Positions 24,841-38,006 of a DNA stretch of 64,000 bases are shown here, one piece after another. Below the pieces are notes generated by a model. The model ran no database searches. It was not told the origin of the DNA and worked only from the letters and a program-made list of their open reading frames with translations. Origin of the DNA: Ptychomitrium polyphyllum (Eukaryota); contig OZ316776.1 of assembly GCA_973851085.1 (NCBI GenBank), forward strand, positions 5,766,001-5,830,000. Reading direction: 5' to 3'. Within the stretch, counting starts at the first letter, position 1. Each line of letters opens with the position of its first letter. Both the position numbers and the translations under genes were made by a program.

Positions 24841-27763
24841 AGTTTTGGCCATTACTTCCTATAGATAGCTAAATCTATGAATAATCTTCCAATGATTTAT
24901 TATTCTAATGGCTACTAATTTTGATTTTTTAAAATATTACCAATTTCTTATATTTAAATTTATTTTTCAAACTTCTCAAAAACAAACAATGGTATTGAAT
25001 CTAAAACCTCATAGGTATAAAAGACTCCACATTTCATGAATGGAAAAATAATTAACAATACCTTCATCATTAACTCTTGGAAAGATGCTTATATATATCA
25101 AGAATTTACAATTAACTTATGAGATAGATGGATGTAAATTTTTGGAAAAATAATTAAAAGATAAATCCAAGGCTTTTTTATTTAAGAATTTATAGAATCT
25201 ATGATAATTCTTATGTTGTACTTGATTCGAGAAACATTAATGGTTAAATAATAATAAAATCCACTTGTATTTGTAAAATGTTACTAGCAATAAAGATTTT
25301 GTAGAGGTTAAATACTACCTCCACTTAATATTTATTCTCATAGACTTTTGGATCTAGAACAAATGTGCAATATTATTAATAATGGTTATTGTAAACATTT
25401 CAATTTCTATATGTATTTCAACATCCCTATCACATTCCTATCAAATCTTTGTAGTATTTACTTTCTATTTATCTTTATAAGAGAATAGCTAGTTTAAGCT
25501 TTTAATTTGTTGTAAGAAAAAATACAAGAAAAATCTAAACTTGATTGTTATGATATTTTCATCTATATAATGGATTTCAACAAGCTTTTAAATTTCAACT
25601 TGTTTAACAATGAGGTTTTGAATTCTCTTAAACAGAATAAAAATTCAATTTAAATGCATTACACCTTCATTCCTATAATATTTGTAATAAAAATGTACTT
25701 AAACCTAGGAAGAAAAGGATTAACCTTTGATACCCTAAAGAATTAAAATATGCTTTATTTTAATGTTTTTTTAATGTTTTTTCTTTAAATAGATGACGAA
25801 ATAAGCAAGACATTTCTAGGCAATCCAAGCAAATTTCTCTGATTGCAAATTTTCCTTAGTAATTGAAATGTATACTAATTTAAATATATACTAATAAGAA
25901 AGAACAAAATAGTTGAAGCCAACTTTTAAATTCTTTTTGAAAGTTTGAGATTCTTGACTACATTTGAATATTTGATTTTGTGATAGCTATCCAGTTTTTA
26001 GAACTGAATACAGAATATAGCACAAGAATTTCAAAAATAATCTAAAACATTGGTTAAATGGGACAAGACGTGGAATACAAAAGACTGCTTGTACAAGAAG
26101 ATCTGATAAAAATTTCATATGCATGTCAAACTTGTGACCAACTACGGACGGTTTCGATATAAAAGCCAGAACAGCTGTCGGACAAGAAAGGATGGAAGTT
26201 TGAGAAGTTGCAGAACTGTGTGGCCAAATCTGACAGCTGGCATTCTGATATCAGTGTATGGATGGCTTTTGTCAAAACCAGAGATTTCAAGATTTGAAGT
26301 TATGTACAAAAAGTGTGGGAGGCGATCCTTGGATTCCCTAGTCATGGAGGTTCGTGTCTGCTGGGAACCTAAGAGGCATTGTGCAGTATGGTAGGGCTCC
26401 ATTTTCAGTGGGCTTTTGTGAGCAGACAAAAGAGTTGGTATGGAGCATGAGCATTAGTGAGCTGACCATTCTACCATATCAACCAGCCATTGTGAGCTGG
26501 GGACTAGAGGGCCCTTACAACGGTGTGGGCTAATGTACAGTCACACGCCACATGCTTTACTGCCTACCTCAGTTTACTACTTGGATCCACGACACTCACT
26601 AGTTTGAGTATGTATAAGCGAGAGGGACTCATTCCTGCTGCGTACGTTACGTGACCCCAATTCACGGTATAGACTTAGGTGACAACTTGAAGGTGCACGC
26701 AAGTTTCAAGGCTCTTACCATTACACCCTTTCAAACAAACATTTTGTTTCGAGAAGCCTTTATTGCAGGTCCAATTCAAAAACTATAAGTTCGGTATTGT
26801 GTACTTAAATTCCATTTACAAGGTCTTTGATTTGATATTAACTTCAATATTTGAGGATTGTACCTTCAATTACCAAAAGCAGCAAGCAATGTGTGAGAAT
26901 ATTCTATGCACACAAATTGCTTGGAATGGTTTTTTCCCTTCTTGTGTAGTTGAAGTATTCAAGTTTTAAAAGAGGCATTCATAAGATGTAACTTGAGTAC
27001 TGCCTATTGGCAAATCATTTGTTGTATACTTCTTTTAAAATACTACATATAGAAAACATTAATTGATTTCACTTCAGAAAAGCATCATTGGCTTTGAACG
27101 TCTTAAAGGTTTTTAATCACTAGAATACACAGATAAAAATTAACATGCAAGAATTCTATTTGGTGTTTAAATCTAGGCTTAAAGAACTTACATTCTTTTG
27201 AGTTCAGAAAATCACACAAAATAACAAGATAATTTCACAAGTCATGAACATAACTAGAATTTCCAAATTTTAATAAAACATTCAAAACGCCTTGTACTCA
27301 TATTCTTGTAAGATTTTTCCTAAATTCTTCAGTTCCTGATAATACATTTCGAAATGTATAGATTTAAACATTCTTCAAAGAATAAAACAAATCTCATAAA
27401 TTTTTGCACTTCATCTAATAGCTTCTAATAAATGAATTTCCTTAAAGCCTCAAAAGTAGTGTTTTTACAAGCAAGTACAAATTATTTAAAAGTTTCCACC
27501 ATGGAAATGAAAATTTGTAAGTTTATCAGACTGCATTACATTTACATGGAGATGATTAAAATTCGTTACAATGTTCTTTTATAAAATCCATTCCAAAATT
27601 TTGTACAGCCAAATAAAGTATTGGAATGGGATTTTTAGACTTTTTAATCTTTCAACATTAAGTTTTGATAATCATACAAAACACAAACACACACATTATC
27701 ATTACATTAAAATTATTTGAAACTTCACCTATTTCGTCACCTACATTAAAAAATGGAACATGT

Positions 27764-27824
27764 TTCATCCACATATTCATCCACATATTCATTCACATAT
27801 TATACATGAATATGTGGATGAATA
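27764..27824. repeat. 12-bp tandem repeat (TTCATCCACATA x~3) followed by its inverted copy; perfect 19-bp stem with a 13-nt loop
   Basis: TATTCATCCACATATTCAT (27774-27792) is the exact reverse complement of ATGAATATGTGGATGAATA (27806-27824). Confidence 0.85.
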
Positions 27825-30800
27825 GACCTCCTTTCGTGCTGCGTACAGTAGGCAACTGATGATGGGGAATTTTCCTTCTATAGTATTTTATTATGGTCGA
27901 ATGCATTATTTTCGTGGAAGGAAATCCTCTGTGGATGAAAATCCAAGTGAAAAGATTGCATTGTTTCAAAATAATTCTAAATGTTTAGTTTATTTTTATG
28001 TATTTATCTCTACATACATGGTATTTCTTGTATAATAGGAAGCTGTAAAAAACTATGTTTATTTGGTCATTACTTATATTATTGAAATCTTACACTAATT
28101 TAGATAACAAAAGTAATTCAATATTAATGTTAGATTTAATGCCGATTTCTACATTCATTTTAGTAGAGACTTATCAAATCAGTAAAAGAATATAATGGAA
28201 CAATGTTTTGTTAAAAAAAAATGATAACTGTTTGTTGAATTTTCAAAAACCTTACTATTAAATATATAACTATTTTTACACCAAATTTGATACTTAAATA
28301 CTAATGCAGGCCAAACCACACATAGAGTACCACAAATATTGTGAAATTTCTTAAGTACCGGGACTCAAAATTACCTTATTCTAATACCAAGACTGCTGTG
28401 AGAATGTGAATACTTCATTTCTGTGGTAGTAATTTGGGAAAATAAAATCCAATGTAAAAGTAATATTACACCTTTTGAAATGTGAAAGTAGTTTTGCCGA
28501 TCTTGTAGGCTTAGGCACGAGGTTTAGAATGTATGAATTCACGTGGTCATGACAGTATGCATGTGCCAGCGCTGATGACCTACACTACTTGAGAGCTCCA
28601 AACAAACTCATGACAGAATCATGGCAGTCTATTTGGCTCTGAATTACTCTTCTTCATGTCCAAAATGTTTCTTTCTCTCGGTAAGATAAAGTTGATTCAG
28701 ATATTTAGACTCGGGGATCGTTCTGCAACTTCCAAAGTTCCAATTACAAATTATAGAATAACAGCATGTTCTCGTAAGAAGATCCAGTCAGGGCAATATG
28801 CCAGTTCTGATAAGTGCAAACCCTGTGCATGCAAGCAAGCCAGCATTGGGTAGCGGGTTGAACTTTTTCACTTATTTATACGAAAGATATTAAGCACTAG
28901 AAATTTGAGCCAACTTTTCCACCATCTGGCGACTACCGAGGTCCTTTCCGCATGATACTTAACTTAGGAATCACGTACATTGTCACGTATTAAAAATTTT
29001 AGTACAAATATATCACTGTAGAAGAGGTAAGCAAGTAGGAGTCTGCTGGCAAAGATGAACTTGAACTTGAACAGTAACTTACAGACGATTCATCTCATGT
29101 TCATGGATCTGGACAAGGGCGCCTTGAGCAGATCAGCTCACTTGCTCCCAATGCACAACAGATCACATAGAGCTCGTCCACTCGCATCCACGACCTTGAC
29201 TCACTCTGGTTAGGTGTGAACCACCTTCATTAGGATTACGGTGTGGTTTGAATATGATCTAATTAATTTTCCCACTATCTCCTCGCCACTCTTCCTGCAC
29301 ATCTTTGGCTCTGCCCTCTAGGAGTAATTTCCTAATTTCCTTCGCAGGCTCACTGCGCCCCTACGTCTTTAGTTGCCTCTTAGAAGGTGCACTTTCTCCT
29401 TATGGATGTCATGCTATTGCTTCACTCCCTTGAAGTAAGTGTTGCTATCTTTATTGTGTCACCTAAAAAGGTGATATTACTAATAGTGATAGTAATAGCA
29501 ATAGTAATAGTGTAGTAGTAGTAGTGAAGGGTTGGTTTTGAATGGGAACATGTGTTCCCGATCTTCTAATGACATAAACAAAGCGTGATAAAAAATAAGA
29601 GTGATATGATTGAGGTAAAACAGTACTCTCACCTCCGCACACGGCTTCTTCTGCTTGGAAGAAGCCGCAAGTAAGCATATCAAGATGTGAAGTCTACCCG
29701 TCCTGAACATCCTATGGATTCCCTTCCGCTGAAGGTGGGGAATGATTCAAAATGAATCATTTTGAGGCACAGCTCACCTTCGGATGTGGACCACGTTTCA
29801 TGAAGGAGGGACTGTCGCATCCACTTCCATCCAAAGCCATGCAGCTGCACTCGAAGTGGAGCCTTGCTTTTCTAGTCATGAGGTGGAAGATACTTCATTC
29901 ATGCCCATACCAGAAGGGGGCAGGACCTGCAGGAGTTCGTCTTCGATTTGACTTCTGAGAAGAGAGGTCGTCGACTCCTCATGGGAGTGCCAAGTTGAGG
30001 GAAGAACAGGCATATGAGGATTTGATGCTCCTATTTCAAGATGACAACGCTCTGTGCGAATACAAGTTTGGAGTCATAACCAGTGGCTGAGAGCGTCTTG
30101 GGTGGTGTGCATAACATTCTTTTGTGACGCCTCTGGACAGTGTGTCAAAGGAGTTATTTCATCTTCCGTAGGTTCAATTCTTTTTTGATAAAAGTATTGT
30201 GATTAAGATTGAAGGAGTTTGTGTTTCAAGTAACCAAATTAGATCCACATCTTCATACTTTTACTACCACGTATTGTCACTATCATAAATTATTGACTTC
30301 TCATTTATCAAGGTGAGCGTGAGTTGCTTCAAGTGCTAAAGAAAGTATGAGTAAGTATGTTTGTAAAAGTTAATTTTAGAATACAATTGGAATTTAAGTT
30401 GTTGTATTAGAAATTTAGAAGCATTTTTCTTGAAAAAATCCTATATACTAGAGCTAATTATAAATTCATTTTTTTTCCATCCAAAATATTATTTATTATC
30501 TCACCTCATTTTCCACCACATTTTCCACCTCATTCAAGTTGATGGTTGGAGAGTTTGTTTTTAGCACAAATAATGTTTCATCCACATAAACAGAGCACCT
30601 GTTTTAATGCAAGAATTTTAAGTCACTCATTTCATTCACGCAAAGATGATGAATTAATAAATAATCTCATGTATATACAATCTATTTGTGTGTTTGTTTA
30701 GAAAATACAAATTTATTTGGAAAAAATAAAACTAACATTTAAAAAATAATTGTAGCGTTTTTAAAAAATGAATTGGAATACAAATTAATTTATTTAATAG

Positions 30801-31973
30801 GTTAACATTTGAATTTGTTTAATTATATGTTACAATGGGGCATTATTACAATTTGACATAGAAAATGTCCATATTTTTACATATAAGGGTGTATAACAAG
30901 CATTTTTTAAGTTTATTAAATTCAAAAAGAATGTTTTTTACGACACTCCTAATAACACCTCTAATGATGGTTTAAGAACAAATGAATTAACAACTGCTTG
31001 AGATTAATTAATTTATAATAAAGTTGATAATAAAACTATGTCTTTTAAGTTATATTCTTTGAATTTTAGAAGAAAAAAAGACATCCAATAGAATTAATTT
31101 CTTAAATGATTGAAAAATGCATTATAAACATCATATGTGTATAAGTTTATAACAATTATAGAATAAAGATTACATAGTACTAATTTTAATTCAATTTATA
31201 AAAATACACTTAATGAATTTAGTTTATAAAATAATATCTCATAAATAGAAAATAAAGTTAAAACATGTAAAAATATATTAATGTAAAAATTTCTGAATTT
31301 AAATATTATTTATTCGACTTATACGGTTAGTAAAATAGATATTAATCAACAAATTTCATTACCTGTAAAGCATTTATTTTATCCACTTTTTACGCACATA
31401 TTTAGGTTAACAGTTTTGTAATATGAGTTTCAAAAGCTTAATAGCTTTTAATTGTATTATGAATCTTTATATTTTTTATTGTAATACTAATTTAATAAAA
31501 AATGAGAAATGAAACGCTGAATTCTTGTTATCAAAAAAGTAAATCTTTTTAAAAATCCAATTTTAAAGATAGAATCTACATAATATGTACATCAACTTTT
31601 TTATCCTATAAGATTTAAGAAGATAAACCAAACACAAATTATATCTCACATAACTCATGCAAAATATCTTAAGGAACTTAGGATAATTTTTTTTAAAGAA
31701 AAATGATGTTTAGATAAAAATTCACTATTAGTCTTTTTTTATAGTTGAATGTAATTGTAATAAAAATACCAAATCCATCATTTACATTGGTTTAAAACTA
31801 AAGGTATATCCTAACATCAAAAATGTACTACAAAAATAATTTTTCATTTTGTTATTAGCTTATTATAAGTCATGTTTAAAGTTTTGAATATTAACTACAT
31901 TTTTTGATAGTTATATGGAATTAAAATAGAATAAAATCGTTTTGTTTAGAGATTTTGTTTTCATTATTAAAAA

Positions 31974-32130
31974 GAGATGGTGCTCTTTTAATAGATGCAT
32001 ACTGATATGGAAGTTTATTTATTATTTTTACTAAATTAAATTCTTAATTTTTTAGCAATGAAGGCTTATTAATATAATTTTTAATAATGGCGGTGATTCA
32101 TTAAAGCAATTGGATGCATGGTAGCCTTCT
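31974..32130 (+). mobile_element. Possible degenerate MULE-type transposase fragment within the AT-rich block 30.2-33.8 kb
   Basis: Translation gives RDGALLIDAY*YG, then IMAVIH*SN/GCMVAF with a frameshift. This resembles the MULE first-Asp region GxxxMDATxGTN…LMVxD…GxPVAW/F. It is heavily decayed. Confidence 0.35.
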
Positions 32131-34471
32131 AATTTTTTTTCAAATTTTTTTTAAATTTTAAAAAATAACTTTTACAATTAGATTTTTTTAATTGAAATAA
32201 ATTTACTAATTTTTTGTTTTTTTATAAAGCACTCAAAACCAATAAGTTAAATCAATCAAAATATCCTTGGCTATTTGTCATATGACAATAAATGCTTCAA
32301 TATCCAAAATTCTTAAAAAACTTCGATTTTTGAGGAAGATTAGTATGAATAAATGTTATTTTTATTCAATTTCTATATCCATGTTCTTAAAACATATGTA
32401 GAATTTTGATTTTAATATGATTTATAGCCTTTTGAATTATCAAAGAAATAACTATATATATATTCATTTTTTTTTCTTCACTTTTAACCTATTATTTATA
32501 TTATAAAATTAAAATTGAATTGAACCATTCAACTTACTTCTACAGTAAAATTTAAATGCCTAATAAAAAAAATGAATTCTAATTGAGAAGAATCTTTGTA
32601 ATTACTAATACTATATTGCCACATATCCATTCATTTATTCATTCATTTCTTTTTTGTTAATTATTTGCAAGCTTCTTAAAATTTGAATTCTTATTTATTT
32701 CAAGTAAAAATAAGCCTTTTATAAATTATGAATGTTGTGGAATGATGGAGAGATACACAATTTGATTGAAGAAATGGTTAAATACCTATTCCTACCATTG
32801 AAGCTATTATATGAAATTATTTTAAACTTAGGCTATATATTCTTACCATAGAAGACAATTTTATTTTAATAATAATCAGCTTTAAGGGAAGTTGGAATCT
32901 TTTTGTCAATTTAAGAATATTAACATCTAAATGTGATCATCGTATTACATAAGTATAAATTGGATATCAACACGTGATCACAAAATATTATTGAAGTAAA
33001 ATTTGAAGTAAATATTATTGAAGTAAATATTATAGAAAAATCATGTATTTTAGAATATGATATTTTTAAGCATTTTATTAATACAATTTGGATATATTTA
33101 CACTTGAAGTTGCTTAAATGTAGAAAGTGAAGAATCAAATGTAGAAAACTAACTTGTTTTGACAAAAACTTGTCTTTTCAAATGTACACATTTGATAAGT
33201 ACTATAATGCAAAATATTTGAAAATAAATCTTGATTAATTTTCCTACTTATATTCAAATTACAAAACATCAATGAAACACGTCATTATAGCACTAACTTA
33301 TGCATTATTGGATTGAATTCCAATTTTCTTTGGCTTACAAAAACTTGTCAAACTTTGGATGTAATATTGATGCTTATTAAAATAGACTAAATTTTAGAAA
33401 ATAGACATCTTGATTTACTCTAGCAAGTGGTTGCCACATGAGAACAATTAGAAAGAATAGTATTATAACATGAAACAACTTTTTAGTTTTATACATTTGA
33501 ATTTGATTTGAGATCAACATAGTAATAAAATAAAGTGACTTAATTCAATAGATGTTTAATATTATTATGTATGAGTGTCTAAAAATTTGGAAAAGAAATA
33601 AAGATAATAAAAACTTTTATAAATCATTCTAATTTTTTCTTGTCCACGTTTTTTTCCTCATTTTGTAAATTTTCAAGCACTCATAACTTTCATGTTCAAT
33701 GTAATTGAAATGATTCTTTTACTTCATATATATACTGTGCTCCTATTTCCGGACCTCAATAAGTATTCACGGTAGAATGTCTCACTTTACATATCATGCT
33801 AAAACCTTTCATAAAAATATTATAAATTCAAAAAATAAAATTCAGTAGAATATAAGATTACAAATAATCCACATTACTTTACTGCCACGTAGATTCCACA
33901 GTGAAAACCGCATGCACAACTGGCAGCAAAGGAAAAAATTCAATCCAAATCATCCTTATCAGAGGTCCTCTCAGACAGCAAAGCCGTGCTGCGTGCGTGC
34001 GTGCGTGCGTGAAGGAAGGCGAGAAAGAGATGAAGGTGCACACAAGGGGGAATTGTGCGGCCCAGGAGAGACCACGTGCCACAGGACGAATGGACAGAAC
34101 GAGGGGGACGAGACGGCGGGAGCCCTGCGCTGCGCTGGACGTGGCATTGCAGCGCATGCAGCCGCCGCTTACCTTTGTGCTTCCTTTGGCTTTGTGCTCC
34201 TGTGTCGGAGACTCCAGTTTCCTTGCTCGTCGTCACTGTTCCCCCCTTACCACGACGGCTCCTCGCTCCCTTCGTTCCTCACCCCAGTCTCGCTCTGGGC
34301 TGCGGGCCATGCATCTTTCTTTCATTGGGAGAGCGTTTCAGCTGGCAGGTTCGTCGCGTCGTATTGTTTTGTGCCTTGGTGCTGTTTGAGGTTGTCGCCA
34401 GAGTGACACACACAGACACAGAGAAAGGGAGGGAGGGAGGGAGGGAGGGTTGGGGAGTGATTAGAAGACAC

Positions 34472-37400
34472 ATGGAGACGACAGGGAGGGCGGTGGTGCG
34501 GGCATTGCTGGAGGATGGACCAGTGGCGGTGGCGGTGGTGGGAGGTGGGATTAGCACCGCTGCTCTGCACACGCGAGTGGTGATACTGGCGGCGTTCTTC
34601 GTGGTGTTTACGCTCGGCCTTTCATCCTACCTGCTCTTTCAGCACTTGTCCACTTACAATGGACCTTCTGTGAGTTGCATTTCAATTAGCCCTTACAGGT
34701 TCAGACTCGCTATTGCATGCGATCAATGTTGCAGGGGCCTCGTTTTAGACCTAGAATAGCTCTCCTGCAACACGGCTCTTGGCGATGCACGACGCTCTCC
34801 TCTGCTTTTTGCTCTTTACAGTTTTTAGGCTCGTTGTAGTGACCTACCTATTTCTTTCCAGAATTCTCTCAGCCGTTGAGGTTGAAAGTAAAGTTGGATG
34901 TCATGTCAATGTGGGTCTGACAAGCTATCGGAGTCTCGATTTCGAGATTTCTGCGGGTGGCAATGTCAATTATACACCAGCGCACGTAAGCTCCCCAAGG
35001 GTTAAGTTGCTTTTCTGCAGAGACTACTACATTTGTCGATCAATTTCGATTTGGGTCAAATATTTGGTGAGAGTTTGCGTTTGCGGTTGTTTGTGTTCGT
35101 AGAATTTGAGATTAGGTTCAAGGTTGAAGCGATGGAAGATCATTCCTGTTGAATTGAAGAATCAGAGCTAGGATGGGGCTGAAGAAGTTTTGTTCCAAGT
35201 TCATGTTTTTATTCTGAGATTAGGAAAGAGTTTGTAGATATAACTCTGCCTTGCTCGAATACAGAGCTATTATTCTAGGGGTTGATGTCATTGTGCTTTG
35301 AATTTCTCGTCTCGAAGGCTGACGCTTGAGGATGCCTGTTTGGCAGGAACAAAGATGGCTCATCGGAATTATCTTCATGATTCCAGTTTATTCGGTTGCT
35401 TCGGTAATTTAGCTGATTCCATGACTGCTCAGAGTAGATGGTTTCTAGTTCAGGAAGAAAAGTCTGTCTGTGAGTGGATGCTGAACGTGATGATATATGA
35501 TGGTTTTGCAAACGAGTTTGCTATTTGGTTGTGCGGCTAAAGCTTTTTTGATTCGATTGTCTGTGTTTGAATGTGATTTTGCTGGAATGCCACGCTTTCC
35601 ATTACAGTATTGAGTAAATGTTTGAATCTTTGAAATTGGGTTAAGGAGATTGAGTTCTTACTTCTTCTGGATAGGTTGCAGTTTGTGTCGCTGTCGGCGC
35701 CAGAGATTTCGATAGAGTGCAATGTCTTGGGGAACTGCTACGAAGCATTTGCTATGTACTCATTTGGCCGATATCTGATCGCTTGCCTAGGTATGTCAGA
35801 ACTGATATTTGGACCAGCTTTTGAGGGAATGCGATTAGATACTAAGATGTTAGATTGTACAGCGCCTGTGTGTCTATTATAATTGAAAGGATGTTGTTAC
35901 CCTAATTTACTGGTAAAATAAAGTAGCAGTTGCAATTTAAATGTGGCTAATAATGCGCGTTTTTAGTTGACAATCTAGTTCTCTGTTTATATTTTTTTGG
36001 AAGAGTGGTTCGGAAATAGAAACTGACCTGCTGTAAGTGTAAATTGGTTATCCAGGGGAGGAGGATATGGCTGTGCAGAAGCTAGAAAAGCAGGAGTCAA
36101 TTGGCCCTCACAAACCTCTGTTGGGCGATAACTCTGGTTATCACATGGCTTACCACCCTGTTCCCTTCAGTTGGTTCCTCGAACCTTGGCAGCTAGGGCG
36201 CCAGTTCTATGACATAGTAAAGTTTGGCATTGTGCAATATGTAAGTGTGTTACAAGTGTTCAGCTTTCATGAATATATTGCCGTTGAGTTGGCACAAAAG
36301 CTGAATCAGTGCTCACACGCAAGTGCAGACTTTGGATTTCTCTTCTTTTCCACCTTACCCTTGGCTTTGGTATTCATGGAGGACAGATAGGATGGCAGCA
36401 GGGCTACCCTATCCTAATTGAATACCTTATCGAGAAACTATTCAGAATGCTTTGATTGATTGGTGACTTGATGGAACTGTTTATTTCAGATGATATTGAA
36501 AACTACTTGCGTTTGGTTATTGCTGGTTCTGGAACAATTCGATCTTTATGGAGAAGGGGAATTCGACTGGTACAAAGGGTGAGTATACATTCCCAGTGTA
36601 ATTATTTTAATGTCTTCTTATTTTCTTCTCCTTCTTTCATTGGAATGCACCAGAGTTGGAGCTGTTACATGTAAGGATGAGATTTATGCTTCGAGGACTT
36701 GAAATCCATTCACTGTCTTGATGTGCAGGTATCCATACATAACGCTGGTACTAAATTTCAGTCAGCTGTGGGCTCTTTACTGTCTTGTACAGTTTTATCA
36801 TGTAACTAAGAAGGAGCTTCAAGCAATCAACCCTTTGGCGAAGTTTCTTACTTTTAAGGCAGTCGTCTTCGTTACCTGGTGGCAGGGGGTGATCATTGCC
36901 TTCATATTCTCATCTGGATTGGCACTCAGGTGGTTCTCGAAGAAGGCAATATTTCGTGGGCACGTTCAAAGCGGACTTCAAGATTTACTTATATGTGTAG
37001 AAGTACGTTGCTCTTCTGTTTCTTACCGTTTGCTTTTACTGAAAACCCCTGCATCCATCAATTTCCATAACGTTTTCTTGCTTTTGTCATGTGGCTGATG
37101 GGATTCTCTCTTCAGATGGCAATTGCAGCAGTGGTTCATGTATTTGTGTATCCAGCAACACCGTACGTACAAGAGTTCAACATAATGGGAATTGTTGCCA
37201 AGACAATGGCGGAAGAAGACCTAGAAGGAACCGTAGCTCGTGTGAAGGAAAGTTTCCACGACGTGGTCTTTGGAGGAGGTGAACATGTGAGCTTTCTTCA
37301 CCGTACTGTAACTTTTAGAATCTATGTAATGGATGTAGCATGTTGGTTGCCTATGTTTCAATTGAATCTACAGTCTGGCAGTTAATACAGCTGGACATTA

Positions 37401-38006
37401 CATTTATAAGCAACCCTCTAACACCTCTCTGAAAGGTATTGGAACCTAGGTGGATATCATTTTCTCAGTATTCTGAAGAGGGATTTGTGAATAGTATTCA
37501 GCCACATTTCTTGTGAATGATCATTTGATGATATGTTGCTTCAACGAAGTAATGGTAATTACATTTTTCTGGTGTATCTTTATTTACGCTGTTGTTTGCT
37601 GATAATCTTTGCATCCTACTTGGTGTGGCAGGTTGTTCAGGACGTAAAGATCACTATGTCGCAAGCGGTGGAGCCTCTGGAGACAGGCATCCATAAGATC
37701 AAGGAGTCATACCACGAGAGAATTGAAACTTGGGGTGTTCATCATAAAGAGACTGTTACTAAGGAAGATACGTATGCTGTCAATGATGAATCTGGTGCAA
37801 GTGGCACTAGTGTCGTTAAGGAGACGACCGAAACTACACAACATAACAATGACAGGGATAAACCCACTGAATCTTATGTCACAATAACTACACAGGTGTC
37901 GTATATTCCTGAGTCAGATACTGAAGACGTAGCTAATTCCGGTTCACAACATGGTGAGCGCAATGTATTAATAAAATCTACTAGTAGTCGTGTAAAACAT
38001 GAGTGA
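34472..38006 (+). CDS. TMEM184/LAZ1-like (organic solute transporter alpha family) membrane protein; spliced
   Basis: Exons give LSSYLLFQHLSTYNGPS|EQRWLIGIIFMIPVYSVAS|FVSL…CYEAFAMYSFGRYLIACL|…KFGIVQY|MILKT…YGEGEFDW|YPYITLVLNFSQLWALYCLVQFY…PLAKFLTFKAVVFVTWWQG…QDLLICVE|MAIAAVVHVFVYPATPY…|VVQDVKITMSQAVEP. Confidence 0.93.
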
